From: an uncultured Alphaproteobacteria bacterium
GTDB taxonomy: Bacteria > Pseudomonadota > Alphaproteobacteria > HIMB59 > GCA-002718135
NCBI GenBank assembly: GCA_902623585.1
Contig: CACNUO010000001.1
Coordinates: 72,314 to 136,313 of the forward strand
DNA: 64,000 bases
Direction of reading: 5' to 3'
A program made the position numbers and the translations under genes. This document shows, piece after piece, positions 40,717-49,801 of the stretch. The stretch's first letter is position 1, and each line of letters starts with the position of its first letter. The notes beneath the pieces are model-generated. The model made no database searches. It saw nothing but the letters and a program-made list of their open reading frames with translations, and was not told where the DNA came from.

Positions 40717-42543
40717 ATGTCAGTTGTGAGTAATAGTAGAAGATTTAGACCCGAAAAGGTTGCGCCGTATTTTTTTATATCGCCATTTTATATTATTTTT
40801 ACAATTTTTTTTCTTTTACCTACCATAGCTTCTTTTATTTTAGCTTTTTACAAATGGAAAGGTGTAAAAGCTCCTAAACCTAGGGGGTGGGGAAATTTTG
40901 AATATTTATTCTTTAAAGACCAAAACTTTTGGGAAACTTTCCAAAATACAGTATTTTATTCTGCTGGCAGTGTATTTATTACTATTCCTCTAGCTCTTTT
41001 ATTAGCTCTTGCTCTAAATAGTCATAGCTTAAAACTAAAACCTTTTTGGCGTTTAGTATTTTTCTCACCGATTGTTACTTCTGTTGTTGCGGCTGCATTA
41101 ACTTTCAAGATGATATTAAATAGTGAATTTGGATTACTTAATTATGTAATTGGATTTATTGGAATTGAACCAATCAATTGGGTTGAGTCTTCAGCAACAT
41201 CAAAGTGGTCTGTCATGATGTTAGTAATATGGAGATGGACTGGCTTGACCTGTATTTATTTTTTAGCTGGTTTGCAATTTATAGACAGAACTTTGTATGA
41301 AGCTGCAAAAATAGATGGTGCAACGGCTTGGCATCAATTTTGGTATGTTACTCTTCCTCAACTAGCACCAGTAACACTATTTGTTTGTATAATTGTTTCT
41401 ATTGGCTCATTCCAGATATTCGAGGATGTATTTGTTATGTATAGTGGAAACGATGTTCCAACTCATGCTAAATCAATGGTTGTTTACATGATGGAAAGAG
41501 GTTTCAATCAACTTAAATTAGGATTTGGTTCTTCTATTGGTGTATTTATGTTCATCTGTATTTTAGCTATATCATTATTTCAATTTAGATCATTTGCATC
41601 CAATTTAGACCAGGACGCTAAAAAAAGTTTTATTGAGAGAATTTTATCTCCTATTATAGATTTTATTGCTAATATTTTTCCAATAGAGTCTTCTAGTTCT
41701 AGTAAAAAATCTTTATCTCCAAAAATTGGTAAATATTCATTAAATTTTATAATTACAATTATAGGTTTGATAACACTTATACCTTATGCTTTCATGCTTA
41801 CCTCCTCAGTAAAATCAACAGCAGAAATAATGGCATGGCCTCCAATAATGTGGTCAAAAAGTCCTAATTGGGAAAATGTAACAAAACTGTTTACTGAGTT
41901 TCCAGCAAGTTTATGGATATTCAATTCCTTCTTTGTTGCTATTGCTGTTACTATTTTAACAATTTTTTTATGTACTTTAGCCGGGTACGCATTTGCAAAA
42001 TATAACTTTAAGGGAAAAAACAGGCTTTTCATATTTATGGTAGCAACAGCAATGATACCTTTTCCAATTATAATGATACCTCTTTATGTTTTAGTGGGTA
42101 GAATGGGAATGAATGATACTTTATCGGGACTAATCATTCCTTTTGTTGCTCCTGCTATAGGAATTTTTATGATGAGACAATTCATAACGTCTGTTCCTGA
42201 TGAATTAATTCAAGCAGCAAGATCAGATGGGGCTGGTGAGTTTAGAATTTTTTGGCAAATAGTTGTCCCTCTTGTTTGGCCTGGTATTGCCACTCTTGCA
42301 ATAATTACATTTGTTAATTCATGGAATAGTTTCTTATGGCCTCTTATAATATTACGGGATGACCTTAATTACACTATCCCTCTCGGCATGACGGAAGTAT
42401 TTGCGCTTAGTGTTGGACAAGAGCCGCAGTATGGACAAGCTATGGCTTTTGCAACCTTAACGACAATTCCAATTATAGTTATTTTTTCTTTTGTTCAAAA
42501 ATATTACATTGCAGGCTTATCAGCTGGAGCTGTTAAAGGTTAA
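40717..42543 (+). CDS. Fused two-domain sugar ABC permease (UgpA/MalF-like N-half plus UgpE/MalG-like C-half)
   Basis: 608 aa with two EAA loops (EAAKIDGATAWHQFWYVTLPQL and QAARSDGAGEFRIFWQIVVPL) joined by a Ser-rich linker (PIESSSSSKKSLSP). Confidence 0.8.
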   Translation: MSVVSNSRRFRPEKVAPYFFISPFYIIFTIFFLLPTIASFILAFYKWKGVKAPKPRGWGNFEYLFFKDQNFWETFQNTVFYSAGSVFITIPLALLLALALNSHSLKLKPFWRLVFFSPIVTSVVAAALTFKMILNSEFGLLNYVIGFIGIEPINWVESSATSKWSVMMLVIWRWTGLTCIYFLAGLQFIDRTLYEAAKIDGATAWHQFWYVTLPQLAPVTLFVCIIVSIGSFQIFEDVFVMYSGNDVPTHAKSMVVYMMERGFNQLKLGFGSSIGVFMFICILAISLFQFRSFASNLDQDAKKSFIERILSPIIDFIANIFPIESSSSSKKSLSPKIGKYSLNFIITIIGLITLIPYAFMLTSSVKSTAEIMAWPPIMWSKSPNWENVTKLFTEFPASLWIFNSFFVAIAVTILTIFLCTLAGYAFAKYNFKGKNRLFIFMVATAMIPFPIIMIPLYVLVGRMGMNDTLSGLIIPFVAPAIGIFMMRQFITSVPDELIQAARSDGAGEFRIFWQIVVPLVWPGIATLAIITFVNSWNSFLWPLIILRDDLNYTIPLGMTEVFALSVGQEPQYGQAMAFATLTTIPIIVIFSFVQKYYIAGLSAGAVKG

Positions 42544-42544
42544 T

Positions 42545-43588
42545 ATGGAAAAAATTAAATGGGGAATTATCGGACCAGGAAGCATAGCAAATAATTTTGC
42601 AGACGGACTAAAAGGTTCTTACTCTGGGCAGTTGGTTAGTATAGCAAGTAAAAATGATGATCGCCGAAAAAACTTTGGCGATAAATACGATATTCATCCA
42701 GATTTTAGATTTGATAATTATGATGATATTATAAACTCAGAACATATCGATGCTATTTATATTTCCACACCACATACTTTGCACGCTGAATGGACAATAA
42801 AAGCTGCAGGTAAAGGAAAACATGTTCTTTGTGAAAAACCAGGTGCTGTTAATTTAATCGAAGGTAAAAAAATTATAGAGGCAGTAAAAGAAGCTGGAGT
42901 ATTCTATATGGAAGGCTTTATGTATCGTTGTCATCCTCAAATTCCAAAACTTTTAGAGGTAATAAAAAATAAAACGATAGGAGATATCACATCAATTGAA
43001 TCCTCTTTTGGTTTTGATATGGGTAAAACTATACCAGATCACAGATTATTTAATAAAAATTTAGCAGGTGGAGGTATTCTTGATGTTGGTCTTTATCCTA
43101 TTTCTTTTTCTAGATTAATTGCTGGTGTAGCAACTGGTGAAAAATTTTTAGAACCTAAATTTATAGATGCTAAAGCGATAATAGGGGAAACAGGTGTTGA
43201 TGAAGTTGCGCATGCAAATTTAGAATTTAAAAATAATATCAAGGCTAAAGTTTCTACAGCAGTTATGGAAAGTATGAAAAATAATGCAGTTATTACTGGG
43301 TCGGAAGGTACAATTGAGTTGCCAGATCCATGGATGCCTGGAAGAGAAGGTGGGCCTTACCATGCTAAAATAATTATTACAAAAAATGGTAACGAAGATA
43401 TTATAGACGTTAAAGGACCAGAGCATTTGTTTTTCTTCGAAGGAGAACTTGCAAGTCAGTGTATTGCAAAAGAAAAAACACAGCCACCTCATCCAGCAAT
43501 GACTTGGGAAGATACATTAGGAAATCTTCAAGCTCTTGATAGATGGAGAGAGAAAGTAAATTATAAACTACCACAGGATGAAATATGA
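42545..43588 (+). CDS. Gfo/Idh/MocA family oxidoreductase
   Basis: The start is MEKIKWGIIGPGSIANNF (ATG 42545). The track's TTG 42491 extension lies inside the permease gene. EKP motif present (LCEKPGA). Confidence 0.85.
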   Translation: MEKIKWGIIGPGSIANNFADGLKGSYSGQLVSIASKNDDRRKNFGDKYDIHPDFRFDNYDDIINSEHIDAIYISTPHTLHAEWTIKAAGKGKHVLCEKPGAVNLIEGKKIIEAVKEAGVFYMEGFMYRCHPQIPKLLEVIKNKTIGDITSIESSFGFDMGKTIPDHRLFNKNLAGGGILDVGLYPISFSRLIAGVATGEKFLEPKFIDAKAIIGETGVDEVAHANLEFKNNIKAKVSTAVMESMKNNAVITGSEGTIELPDPWMPGREGGPYHAKIIITKNGNEDIIDVKGPEHLFFFEGELASQCIAKEKTQPPHPAMTWEDTLGNLQALDRWREKVNYKLPQDEI

Positions 43589-44541
43589 AATATGATAGAA
43601 TAGAAGGAATAGATAAAGACATTTCCAAACTTGTTATGGGATGTGATAACCAAGATGATGTTAACGAAGCTTCAAAGTTGTGGGATCATTGGATTGAAGT
43701 TGGTGGTAATATGTTTGATACAGCATTCATCTATGGTGGCGGTAATCACGAAAAAGTTTTAGGACAATGGTTAAAAAACAATAACAACAGAAAAGATGTT
43801 TTAATACTTGGAAAAGGTGCACACACACCTGATTGCAATCCTGAAGCAATTTCAAAACAATTAACAATCTCTCTTGAAAGAATGAATACTGATTATGTTG
43901 ATATTTATATTATGCACCGAGATAATACTGATTATCCTGTTGAAGAATTTATGGATGTTTTAAATCAAGAGAAAGAAAGAGGCAGAATTAAAATATTTGG
44001 TGGTTCAAACTGGACCATTGAAAGATTTAAAGAAGGAAATGAATGGGCACAAAAAAATAACAAACAAGAAATGTCTATTCTTAACAATAATTTAGCTCTT
44101 GCTAAAATGATTAATCCACTTTGGAATGGTTGCTTGTCATCTAATGTAAATGAAACATTAGAGTATCTAAATTCTACTCAAAAATCTCATATGTCTTGGT
44201 CTAGTCAGGCAAGAGGTTATTTTTTACCTGATGCTATTACAAAAGAAATTGAAGACAAAATTACTAAAGCAGAAACTTATAGAGCACCAGGTGAGAACTC
44301 AAGTGGCCCTATTAGTTGCTATGACAGTGAAGATAATAGAGAAAGAAAAAAAAGAGCTATGGAACTAGCTGAAAAAAAAGGATGTACTGCACACAATATT
44401 GCAGCAAGTTGGACCATCAATCAATCTTTTCCCTCATTTGCATTAATTGGGCCAAGAACAATTGATGAGCTTGACACTACACTACCTTGCTTAGATATAG
44501 AATTAACAAAAGAAGAAATTAATTGGTTAAATTTAACTTAA
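43585..44541 (+). CDS. Aldo/keto reductase
   Basis: 318 aa. The pattern FDTAFIYGGGNHEKVLGQW...YVDIYIMHRDN is typical of AKRs. The start overlaps the upstream stop. Confidence 0.85.
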   Translation: MKYDRIEGIDKDISKLVMGCDNQDDVNEASKLWDHWIEVGGNMFDTAFIYGGGNHEKVLGQWLKNNNNRKDVLILGKGAHTPDCNPEAISKQLTISLERMNTDYVDIYIMHRDNTDYPVEEFMDVLNQEKERGRIKIFGGSNWTIERFKEGNEWAQKNNKQEMSILNNNLALAKMINPLWNGCLSSNVNETLEYLNSTQKSHMSWSSQARGYFLPDAITKEIEDKITKAETYRAPGENSSGPISCYDSEDNRERKKRAMELAEKKGCTAHNIAASWTINQSFPSFALIGPRTIDELDTTLPCLDIELTKEEINWLNLT

Positions 44542-45570
44542 TTTAGTTTTTTTAATTTTGTGACTTGTTCCTTCATTTAATATTGGCTCAATTAAAGTAG
44601 ATATTTTTTTTATTGATATATCTTGTTCTAGGTTTTGTAAAATTTTTACAGATTGTCTCCCCATTTCCATTAATGGGTGTGAAATATATGTAAGATTTTG
44701 AGAGCTTAAATAACTGTCCTGGTCATTAAATCCTACCACAGAAATATCTTTTCCAATTTCTAATTTCATATCCTGACATTTTAACAAACAGCCTGTAAAA
44801 AAACGAAGATGAGAACAAATTATTGCAGTAGGAGGTTTTTTTAAACTTAATAAATACTTTGTTATGGCAGATCCTGATTCAACAGTTTCAATTAAACTAT
44901 CTTGATAATATTCATTTGAATATTGTAGTTGTAAGTTTTTTATTGAACTTTCATAAGCAGCTTTTCGTTGTGCTCCATAATTAAAACTTCGATGAACATT
45001 GATAAAAGCAATTCTTTTATGGCCATTATTTGAAAGCTTATCCATTAACAGTTCAATACTTTTCTTATTATCCAGATCAATCCAAGCATGCTCTGTTTGT
45101 TTGTTAGTTCTACCCCAAGTCACAAATTTGATTCCTCTTTGGTTTAAGAATTGAACTCTTTCATCATTTTTTTTAATTTTATAAAAAATAAATTTATCTG
45201 CTTGACCTGTATTAATGAGTTTTTTGAAATAGTTCATTTCTTCATCTTCATTTAAGCAAAATTTTGTTATTAATTCAGTATTTGTATTTTTTATCCCAAG
45301 AGTAATTCCTGCAAGAAACTGTAAAACAACGTGATCTGGTGCGTCAGGATCTATGGATGATATAAAAGCAATTGTATCCGTTTTCTTGGAAGCTAATCTT
45401 TTGGCATTTAAGTCAGGAAAGTAGTTATATTTTTTAGCTGTTTTAAAAATTTTATCTTTTGTTTTCTGTGATATATTGTCATATCCATTCAATGCTCTTG
45501 ATACTGAACTCACTGATAAACCTAATTTTTGAGATAAACCAACAATATTTATTTTCTTGTTTTTCTTCAT
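44533..45570 (-). CDS. LacI family transcriptional regulator
   Basis: 345 aa with N-terminal HTH INIVGLSQKLGLSVSSVSRALNG and a periplasmic-binding-protein-like effector domain. Divergent from the downstream ABC operon. Confidence 0.9.
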   Translation of the reverse strand: MKKNKKINIVGLSQKLGLSVSSVSRALNGYDNISQKTKDKIFKTAKKYNYFPDLNAKRLASKKTDTIAFISSIDPDAPDHVVLQFLAGITLGIKNTNTELITKFCLNEDEEMNYFKKLINTGQADKFIFYKIKKNDERVQFLNQRGIKFVTWGRTNKQTEHAWIDLDNKKSIELLMDKLSNNGHKRIAFINVHRSFNYGAQRKAAYESSIKNLQLQYSNEYYQDSLIETVESGSAITKYLLSLKKPPTAIICSHLRFFTGCLLKCQDMKLEIGKDISVVGFNDQDSYLSSQNLTYISHPLMEMGRQSVKILQNLEQDISIKKISTLIEPILNEGTSHKIKKTKLS

Positions 45571-45619
45571 AATACTTAAAATCTATTAATTAAATTAAAT
45601 AATACTATTTGGCTTGACA

Positions 45620-45635
45620 AGTAAAACGTTTTACT
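45620..45635. promoter_or_regulatory. Perfect 16-bp palindrome AGTAAAACGTTTTACT: LacI-family operator, abutting a TTGACA -35-like hexamer (45614-45619)
   Basis: It has the central CG and dyad symmetry typical of LacI/GalR operators. It lies in the 100-bp divergent region between the LacI gene and the SBP gene. Confidence 0.65.
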
Positions 45636-45655
45636 AAATTGTCAAATTATTAAAA

Positions 45656-45665
45656 AAAGGGAGGA
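45656..45665 (+). promoter_or_regulatory. Strong Shine-Dalgarno block AAAGGGAGGA, 5 nt upstream of the SBP start
   Basis: Same 10-mer as at 28844 and 39387. Confidence 0.6.
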
Positions 45666-45670
45666 AAATA

Positions 45671-46915
45671 ATGAAAAAATTTTTTTCAATATTATTAACT
45701 ATATTCGTACCCCTATCTTTTACTAACGTTTCCAAGGCTTCTGGTCACATGGAAGCTGAAGTTATTCACTGGTGGACTTCTGGTGGAGAGCAAGCTGCAA
45801 TTTCAGAATTTGCTAAAGCTTGGGAAGAAATGGGTAATACTTGGATTGACACTGCAATTACTGGTGGTGATAATGCAAGAGGTACAACTGTAAACAGAAT
45901 TATTGGTGGAAATCCGCCAACTGCAGCACAGTTCAACGTATCAAAACAATTTGTAGATTTAGTTGAGCAAGGTTTACTTCAATCACTTGAAGAAGTTGCT
46001 TCAGCAGAGGGTTGGAGAGATTTTATTTACCCACCTGAATTAATTGAAACTTGTGAATTTGAAGGTGAATTTTATTGTGTACCTGTAAATATTCACAGCT
46101 GGCAATGGATGTGGATCAACAATGACGTTTACAAACAAGTTGGTTTACCAGTGCCTCAAACTTTTGAGGAATTTTTAGCTGGAGCTCCAAAAATTCAAGA
46201 AGCTGGAATCATTCCATTGGCACTAGGTGGTCAGGGATGGCAAGAATCTGGTATGTTTGATGTTGTTGCGTCTTCAATAATGGGCTTTCCTCTAATGCAA
46301 TCAATTTATAGAGATAAGGATCTAGATGCATTTAGAGATGGAAGATTTGAGTCAGTTCTAAATACTTACAGAGAATTAAATCAATTCACAGATGAAGGTT
46401 CTCCTGGAAGATTATGGAATGATACTACAGCTATGGTTATCGAAGGAAAAGCTGCAATGCAAGTTATGGGAGATTGGGCAAGAGGTGAATTTGCTGTTGC
46501 TGGACAAGAAGCAATGGTTGATTATTCTTGTGTAATTCCTGGTAAAGAAAAATATGTTGCTCTTGGTGGTGATGTATTTGTTTTTCCTAAAAATGATGAT
46601 CCAAAAGTGAAAGATGCTCAGCTAGCAATGGCAAGTATGATGGTTAATCCAACTGTACAGGCTAAATTTAACAATGCTAAAGGTTCTCTTCCTATGAGAC
46701 TTGACGTTGATACTTCTGCAGCTGATGCTTGTATGCAAATGGGTTTAGATTTAATTCAAAATCCAGATGCAATTATGAGAGAAAGTGACGATTGGAATAC
46801 TCCTGCGTTCACTGCAGCATGGGGTGATATTATTTCTGAATTTAGAAATGATCCTAATTACACTGTTGCTCAAGTAATGGACGACTTAGAAGGCGTTTTA
46901 ACTAGCGGACTTTAA
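45671..46915 (+). CDS. CUT1 sugar ABC substrate-binding protein, GtsA-like (glucose/mannose type)
   Basis: 414 aa with a signal peptide. The motif EVIHWWTSGGEQAA...GGNPPTAAQ closely matches the Pseudomonas GtsA-type glucose-binding protein pattern (VHWWTSGGE). Confidence 0.78.
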   Translation: MKKFFSILLTIFVPLSFTNVSKASGHMEAEVIHWWTSGGEQAAISEFAKAWEEMGNTWIDTAITGGDNARGTTVNRIIGGNPPTAAQFNVSKQFVDLVEQGLLQSLEEVASAEGWRDFIYPPELIETCEFEGEFYCVPVNIHSWQWMWINNDVYKQVGLPVPQTFEEFLAGAPKIQEAGIIPLALGGQGWQESGMFDVVASSIMGFPLMQSIYRDKDLDAFRDGRFESVLNTYRELNQFTDEGSPGRLWNDTTAMVIEGKAAMQVMGDWARGEFAVAGQEAMVDYSCVIPGKEKYVALGGDVFVFPKNDDPKVKDAQLAMASMMVNPTVQAKFNNAKGSLPMRLDVDTSAADACMQMGLDLIQNPDAIMRESDDWNTPAFTAAWGDIISEFRNDPNYTVAQVMDDLEGVLTSGL

Positions 46916-46924
46916 ATATATACG

Positions 46925-46954
46925 AAATGGCAGGATTAATTTATCCTGCCATTT
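46925..46954 (+). terminator. Hairpin AAATGGCAGGAT-TAATTT-ATCCTGCCATTT after the SBP gene
   Basis: A perfect 12-bp stem 10 nt after the SBP stop and 9 nt before the permease start. Confidence 0.5.
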
Positions 46955-46962
46955 AACATTTT

Positions 46963-47844
46963 ATGCCTTTTTATAGAAACATAGCTGCAAAAATAGCACT
47001 GTTACCGATGATAGTTATATCTTTAACTGTCTTTGTTGGATGCATTATTTATTCTTTTGTATATTCTTTAACAAACTCAAAATTAGTTCCAGTAATGAAC
47101 TATGTTGGTTTTGATCAATACGAAAGATTATTTAAACAAAGAAAATGGGATGTAGCTGTAGAAAATATTTTTATTTATGGTTTTGTATTTACAATTGGTT
47201 GTCTGATTATTGGTTTTTTATTAGCAGTTTTGATTGATCAAAAAATAAGAGGTGAGAGTTTATTTAGAACAATTTTTTTATATCCTTATGCCATGTCTTT
47301 TGTTGTTACTGGTTTAGTCTGGAAATGGGTTTTAAACCCAACATTTGGTCTAGAGAATTCAATGCATATGTGGGGTATGACATGGTTTGAATTAGACTGG
47401 TTGGTAAATAGAGATCTTGCAATCTATGCTGTATGTATAGCTGCTGTTTGGCAAGGCGCAGGTTTTGTAATGGTATTAATGTTAGCAGGACTCAGAGGAA
47501 TTGATGAAGATATTTGGAAATCACTTAGTATTGAAGGTGTAGCTAAATGGAAATCTTATATTTTTGTAATTTTGCCGATGTTAAGACCAATGGTAGTAAC
47601 CGCAATTGTCTTGATTGCAGCAGGTGTAGTAAAAGTCTATGATTTAATTTTAGCTCTTACATCTGGTGGACCAGGATATGCCACTACAACACCTGCAATG
47701 TATGTAATGGAGAATTTTTTTAGTAGAGCAAATTTAGGACAAGCTTTTGCAGCTTCTATAATAATGTTTATTTCAGTTGTATGTATTCTTGCTCCCTGGG
47801 CTTTTTATGAATTTTATCTAAGAAACAAATACGCAAATAACTAA
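46963..47844 (+). CDS. Sugar ABC permease (GtsB/UgpA-like)
   Basis: 293 aa, 6 TM, with EAA loop region SLSIEGVAKWKSYIFVILPML. Confidence 0.87.
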   Translation: MPFYRNIAAKIALLPMIVISLTVFVGCIIYSFVYSLTNSKLVPVMNYVGFDQYERLFKQRKWDVAVENIFIYGFVFTIGCLIIGFLLAVLIDQKIRGESLFRTIFLYPYAMSFVVTGLVWKWVLNPTFGLENSMHMWGMTWFELDWLVNRDLAIYAVCIAAVWQGAGFVMVLMLAGLRGIDEDIWKSLSIEGVAKWKSYIFVILPMLRPMVVTAIVLIAAGVVKVYDLILALTSGGPGYATTTPAMYVMENFFSRANLGQAFAASIIMFISVVCILAPWAFYEFYLRNKYANN

Positions 47845-48725
47845 TGTCTACTATTCCTAAAGGACCTCGACCAAAACACCTTACAGTTGGAAGAATAGGT
47901 TTGTATTGTTTTATAATTATGTGCGCATTATTTTTTTTAATGCCCTTATACGTAATGATCATAACTTCTCTTAAAGATATGGATGAAATAAGAGCTGCTA
48001 ATATTTTAAACCTCCCGAAAGAACTTAGTTTTTATGCTTGGCCAAAAGCTTGGTCTCAAGCATGTACAGGATTTGTATGTGAGGGATTGAAGCCAGGTTT
48101 TGTTAACTCCGTGAAGATAACTGTACCTAGTGTAATTGTATCCGTAGCTTTAAGTGCACTTAATGGATATGCATTAGCCTTTTGGCGTTTTAGGGGAGCA
48201 TACTTCTTTTTTGGCCTATGTATGTTTGGTGCATTCATTCCTTATCAAGTAATGGTGTACCCACTTTTAAAAATAGAAGATTTCTTAGGTATTTATTCTT
48301 CTTTACCAGGCATCATACTTGTTCATACTATTTTTGGTATGCCAATACTAACACTTATCTTCAGAAATTTTTACGCGAGTCTTCCAATAGATCTATTTAA
48401 AGCTGCCAGAATAGATGGTGGTAATTTTATAAAAATATTTTTTTATGTAATAATTCCAATGTCTACTCCTATAACTATCGTAGCTGTCATTCTTCAAGTT
48501 ACAGGAATTTGGAATGATTTTCTTCTAGGATTAGTTTTTGCAGGAAGAGACAACCAACCAATGACAGTTCAATTAAATAATATTGTGCAAGTAGATTATG
48601 GTGTTGCCGAGTACAACGTAGATATGTCAGCAACAATATTAACTTCTCTAGTTCCTCTTTTTGTATACTTTATTTCTGGAAGATGGTTTGTGCGTGGAAT
48701 AGCAGCTGGGGCAATAAAGGGGTGA
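47844..48725 (+). CDS. Sugar ABC permease (GtsC/UgpE-like)
   Basis: 293 aa with EAA loop KAARIDGGNFIKIFFYVIIPM. The start overlaps the upstream stop. Confidence 0.87.
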   Translation: MSTIPKGPRPKHLTVGRIGLYCFIIMCALFFLMPLYVMIITSLKDMDEIRAANILNLPKELSFYAWPKAWSQACTGFVCEGLKPGFVNSVKITVPSVIVSVALSALNGYALAFWRFRGAYFFFGLCMFGAFIPYQVMVYPLLKIEDFLGIYSSLPGIILVHTIFGMPILTLIFRNFYASLPIDLFKAARIDGGNFIKIFFYVIIPMSTPITIVAVILQVTGIWNDFLLGLVFAGRDNQPMTVQLNNIVQVDYGVAEYNVDMSATILTSLVPLFVYFISGRWFVRGIAAGAIKG

Positions 48726-48727
48726 GT

Positions 48728-49801
48728 ATGAAAAATAGTGTTGAAGTAAAAAATATATCGTTCAGTTATGGAAAAACTGAAATATTAAATGATTTAAGTC
48801 TAGATATTAAAGAGGGAGAATTCATGGTTTTGCTTGGCCCTTCAGGTTGTGGAAAGACTACTTTATTAAACTGTATAGCCGGTCTTTTGGATTTAACGGA
48901 TGGACAGATTTGGATTGAAGAAGATAACGTTACATGGAAAGAACCAAAAGATAGACATATAGGAATGGTATTCCAATCTTACGCATTGTACCCAAGTATG
49001 ACTGTTGAGAAAAATTTATCATTTGGGTTAAGAATGATGGGTACGGCAAAAGATTTAATTAATGAAAAAATTAAAAATGCTGCAACTCTACTACAAATAA
49101 ATGAATTACTTAAAAGAAAACCCTCTCAACTCTCTGGAGGCCAAAGACAGCGTGTAGCCATTGGTAGAGCTTTGGTTAGAGATGCAAAAGTTTTTTTATT
49201 TGACGAACCTTTAAGTAATCTTGATGCAAAATTAAGAGCTGAACTACGCTATGAAATTAAAAAACTTCATAGAGATTTATCAAATACTATGATTTACGTT
49301 ACTCATGATCAAATAGAAGCTATGACGCTTGCGGACCGTATATCTGTTATGAAAGATGGATTAATACAGCAATTAGATACACCTAAACAAATTTATAACA
49401 AACCAGCTAATTTATTTGTGGCTGGTTTTATTGGATCTCCAAGCATGAATTTTTTAAATGCCAAATTTGAAAAATCAAATCAAAATATAATTGTTGGGAA
49501 TAAACAAATTGATATTTCTAAATATGAAAACATAAATAAATTGATTAATGATCAAGAGGTTGTTTTTGGAATAAGACCTGAAAATATAAACATAGAAAAA
49601 AATGAAAATTCTATTCAATGTAAAGTTGAATTAGTGGAACCTATGGGGGCAGATACTCTTGTGTGGACTAGTGTTGAAAGTAACCCGATATCTATTAGGC
49701 TAGAAGGAAGTTCAAATTTTAATTTAAATGATGAAATAAACATTTCATTTGATATAAATAAATCTTCAATATTTGATAGCAAAACTGAGGAGAGAATTTA
49801 A
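48728..49801 (+). CDS. Sugar ABC ATPase (MalK/UgpC/GtsD type)
   Basis: The start is MKNSVEVKNISFSYG (ATG 48728); the track's TTG 48683 extension lies inside the permease. It has Walker A GPSGCGKTT, LSGGQRQRVAIGRAL, Walker B FLFDEPLSNLD and a MalK-like C-terminal domain. Confidence 0.92.
   Translation: MKNSVEVKNISFSYGKTEILNDLSLDIKEGEFMVLLGPSGCGKTTLLNCIAGLLDLTDGQIWIEEDNVTWKEPKDRHIGMVFQSYALYPSMTVEKNLSFGLRMMGTAKDLINEKIKNAATLLQINELLKRKPSQLSGGQRQRVAIGRALVRDAKVFLFDEPLSNLDAKLRAELRYEIKKLHRDLSNTMIYVTHDQIEAMTLADRISVMKDGLIQQLDTPKQIYNKPANLFVAGFIGSPSMNFLNAKFEKSNQNIIVGNKQIDISKYENINKLINDQEVVFGIRPENINIEKNENSIQCKVELVEPMGADTLVWTSVESNPISIRLEGSSNFNLNDEINISFDINKSSIFDSKTEERI

Noticed and set aside
25681-45645. Shared ATTGTCAA octamer about 26-31 nt upstream of the GH4 gene start (25715-25722) and the GtsA-like SBP start (45638-45645), considered as a common promoter element.
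   Set aside because: By my rough estimate an AT-rich 8-mer of this composition should occur several times per 64 kb on two strands by chance. Two occurrences are not significant without genome-wide statistics.
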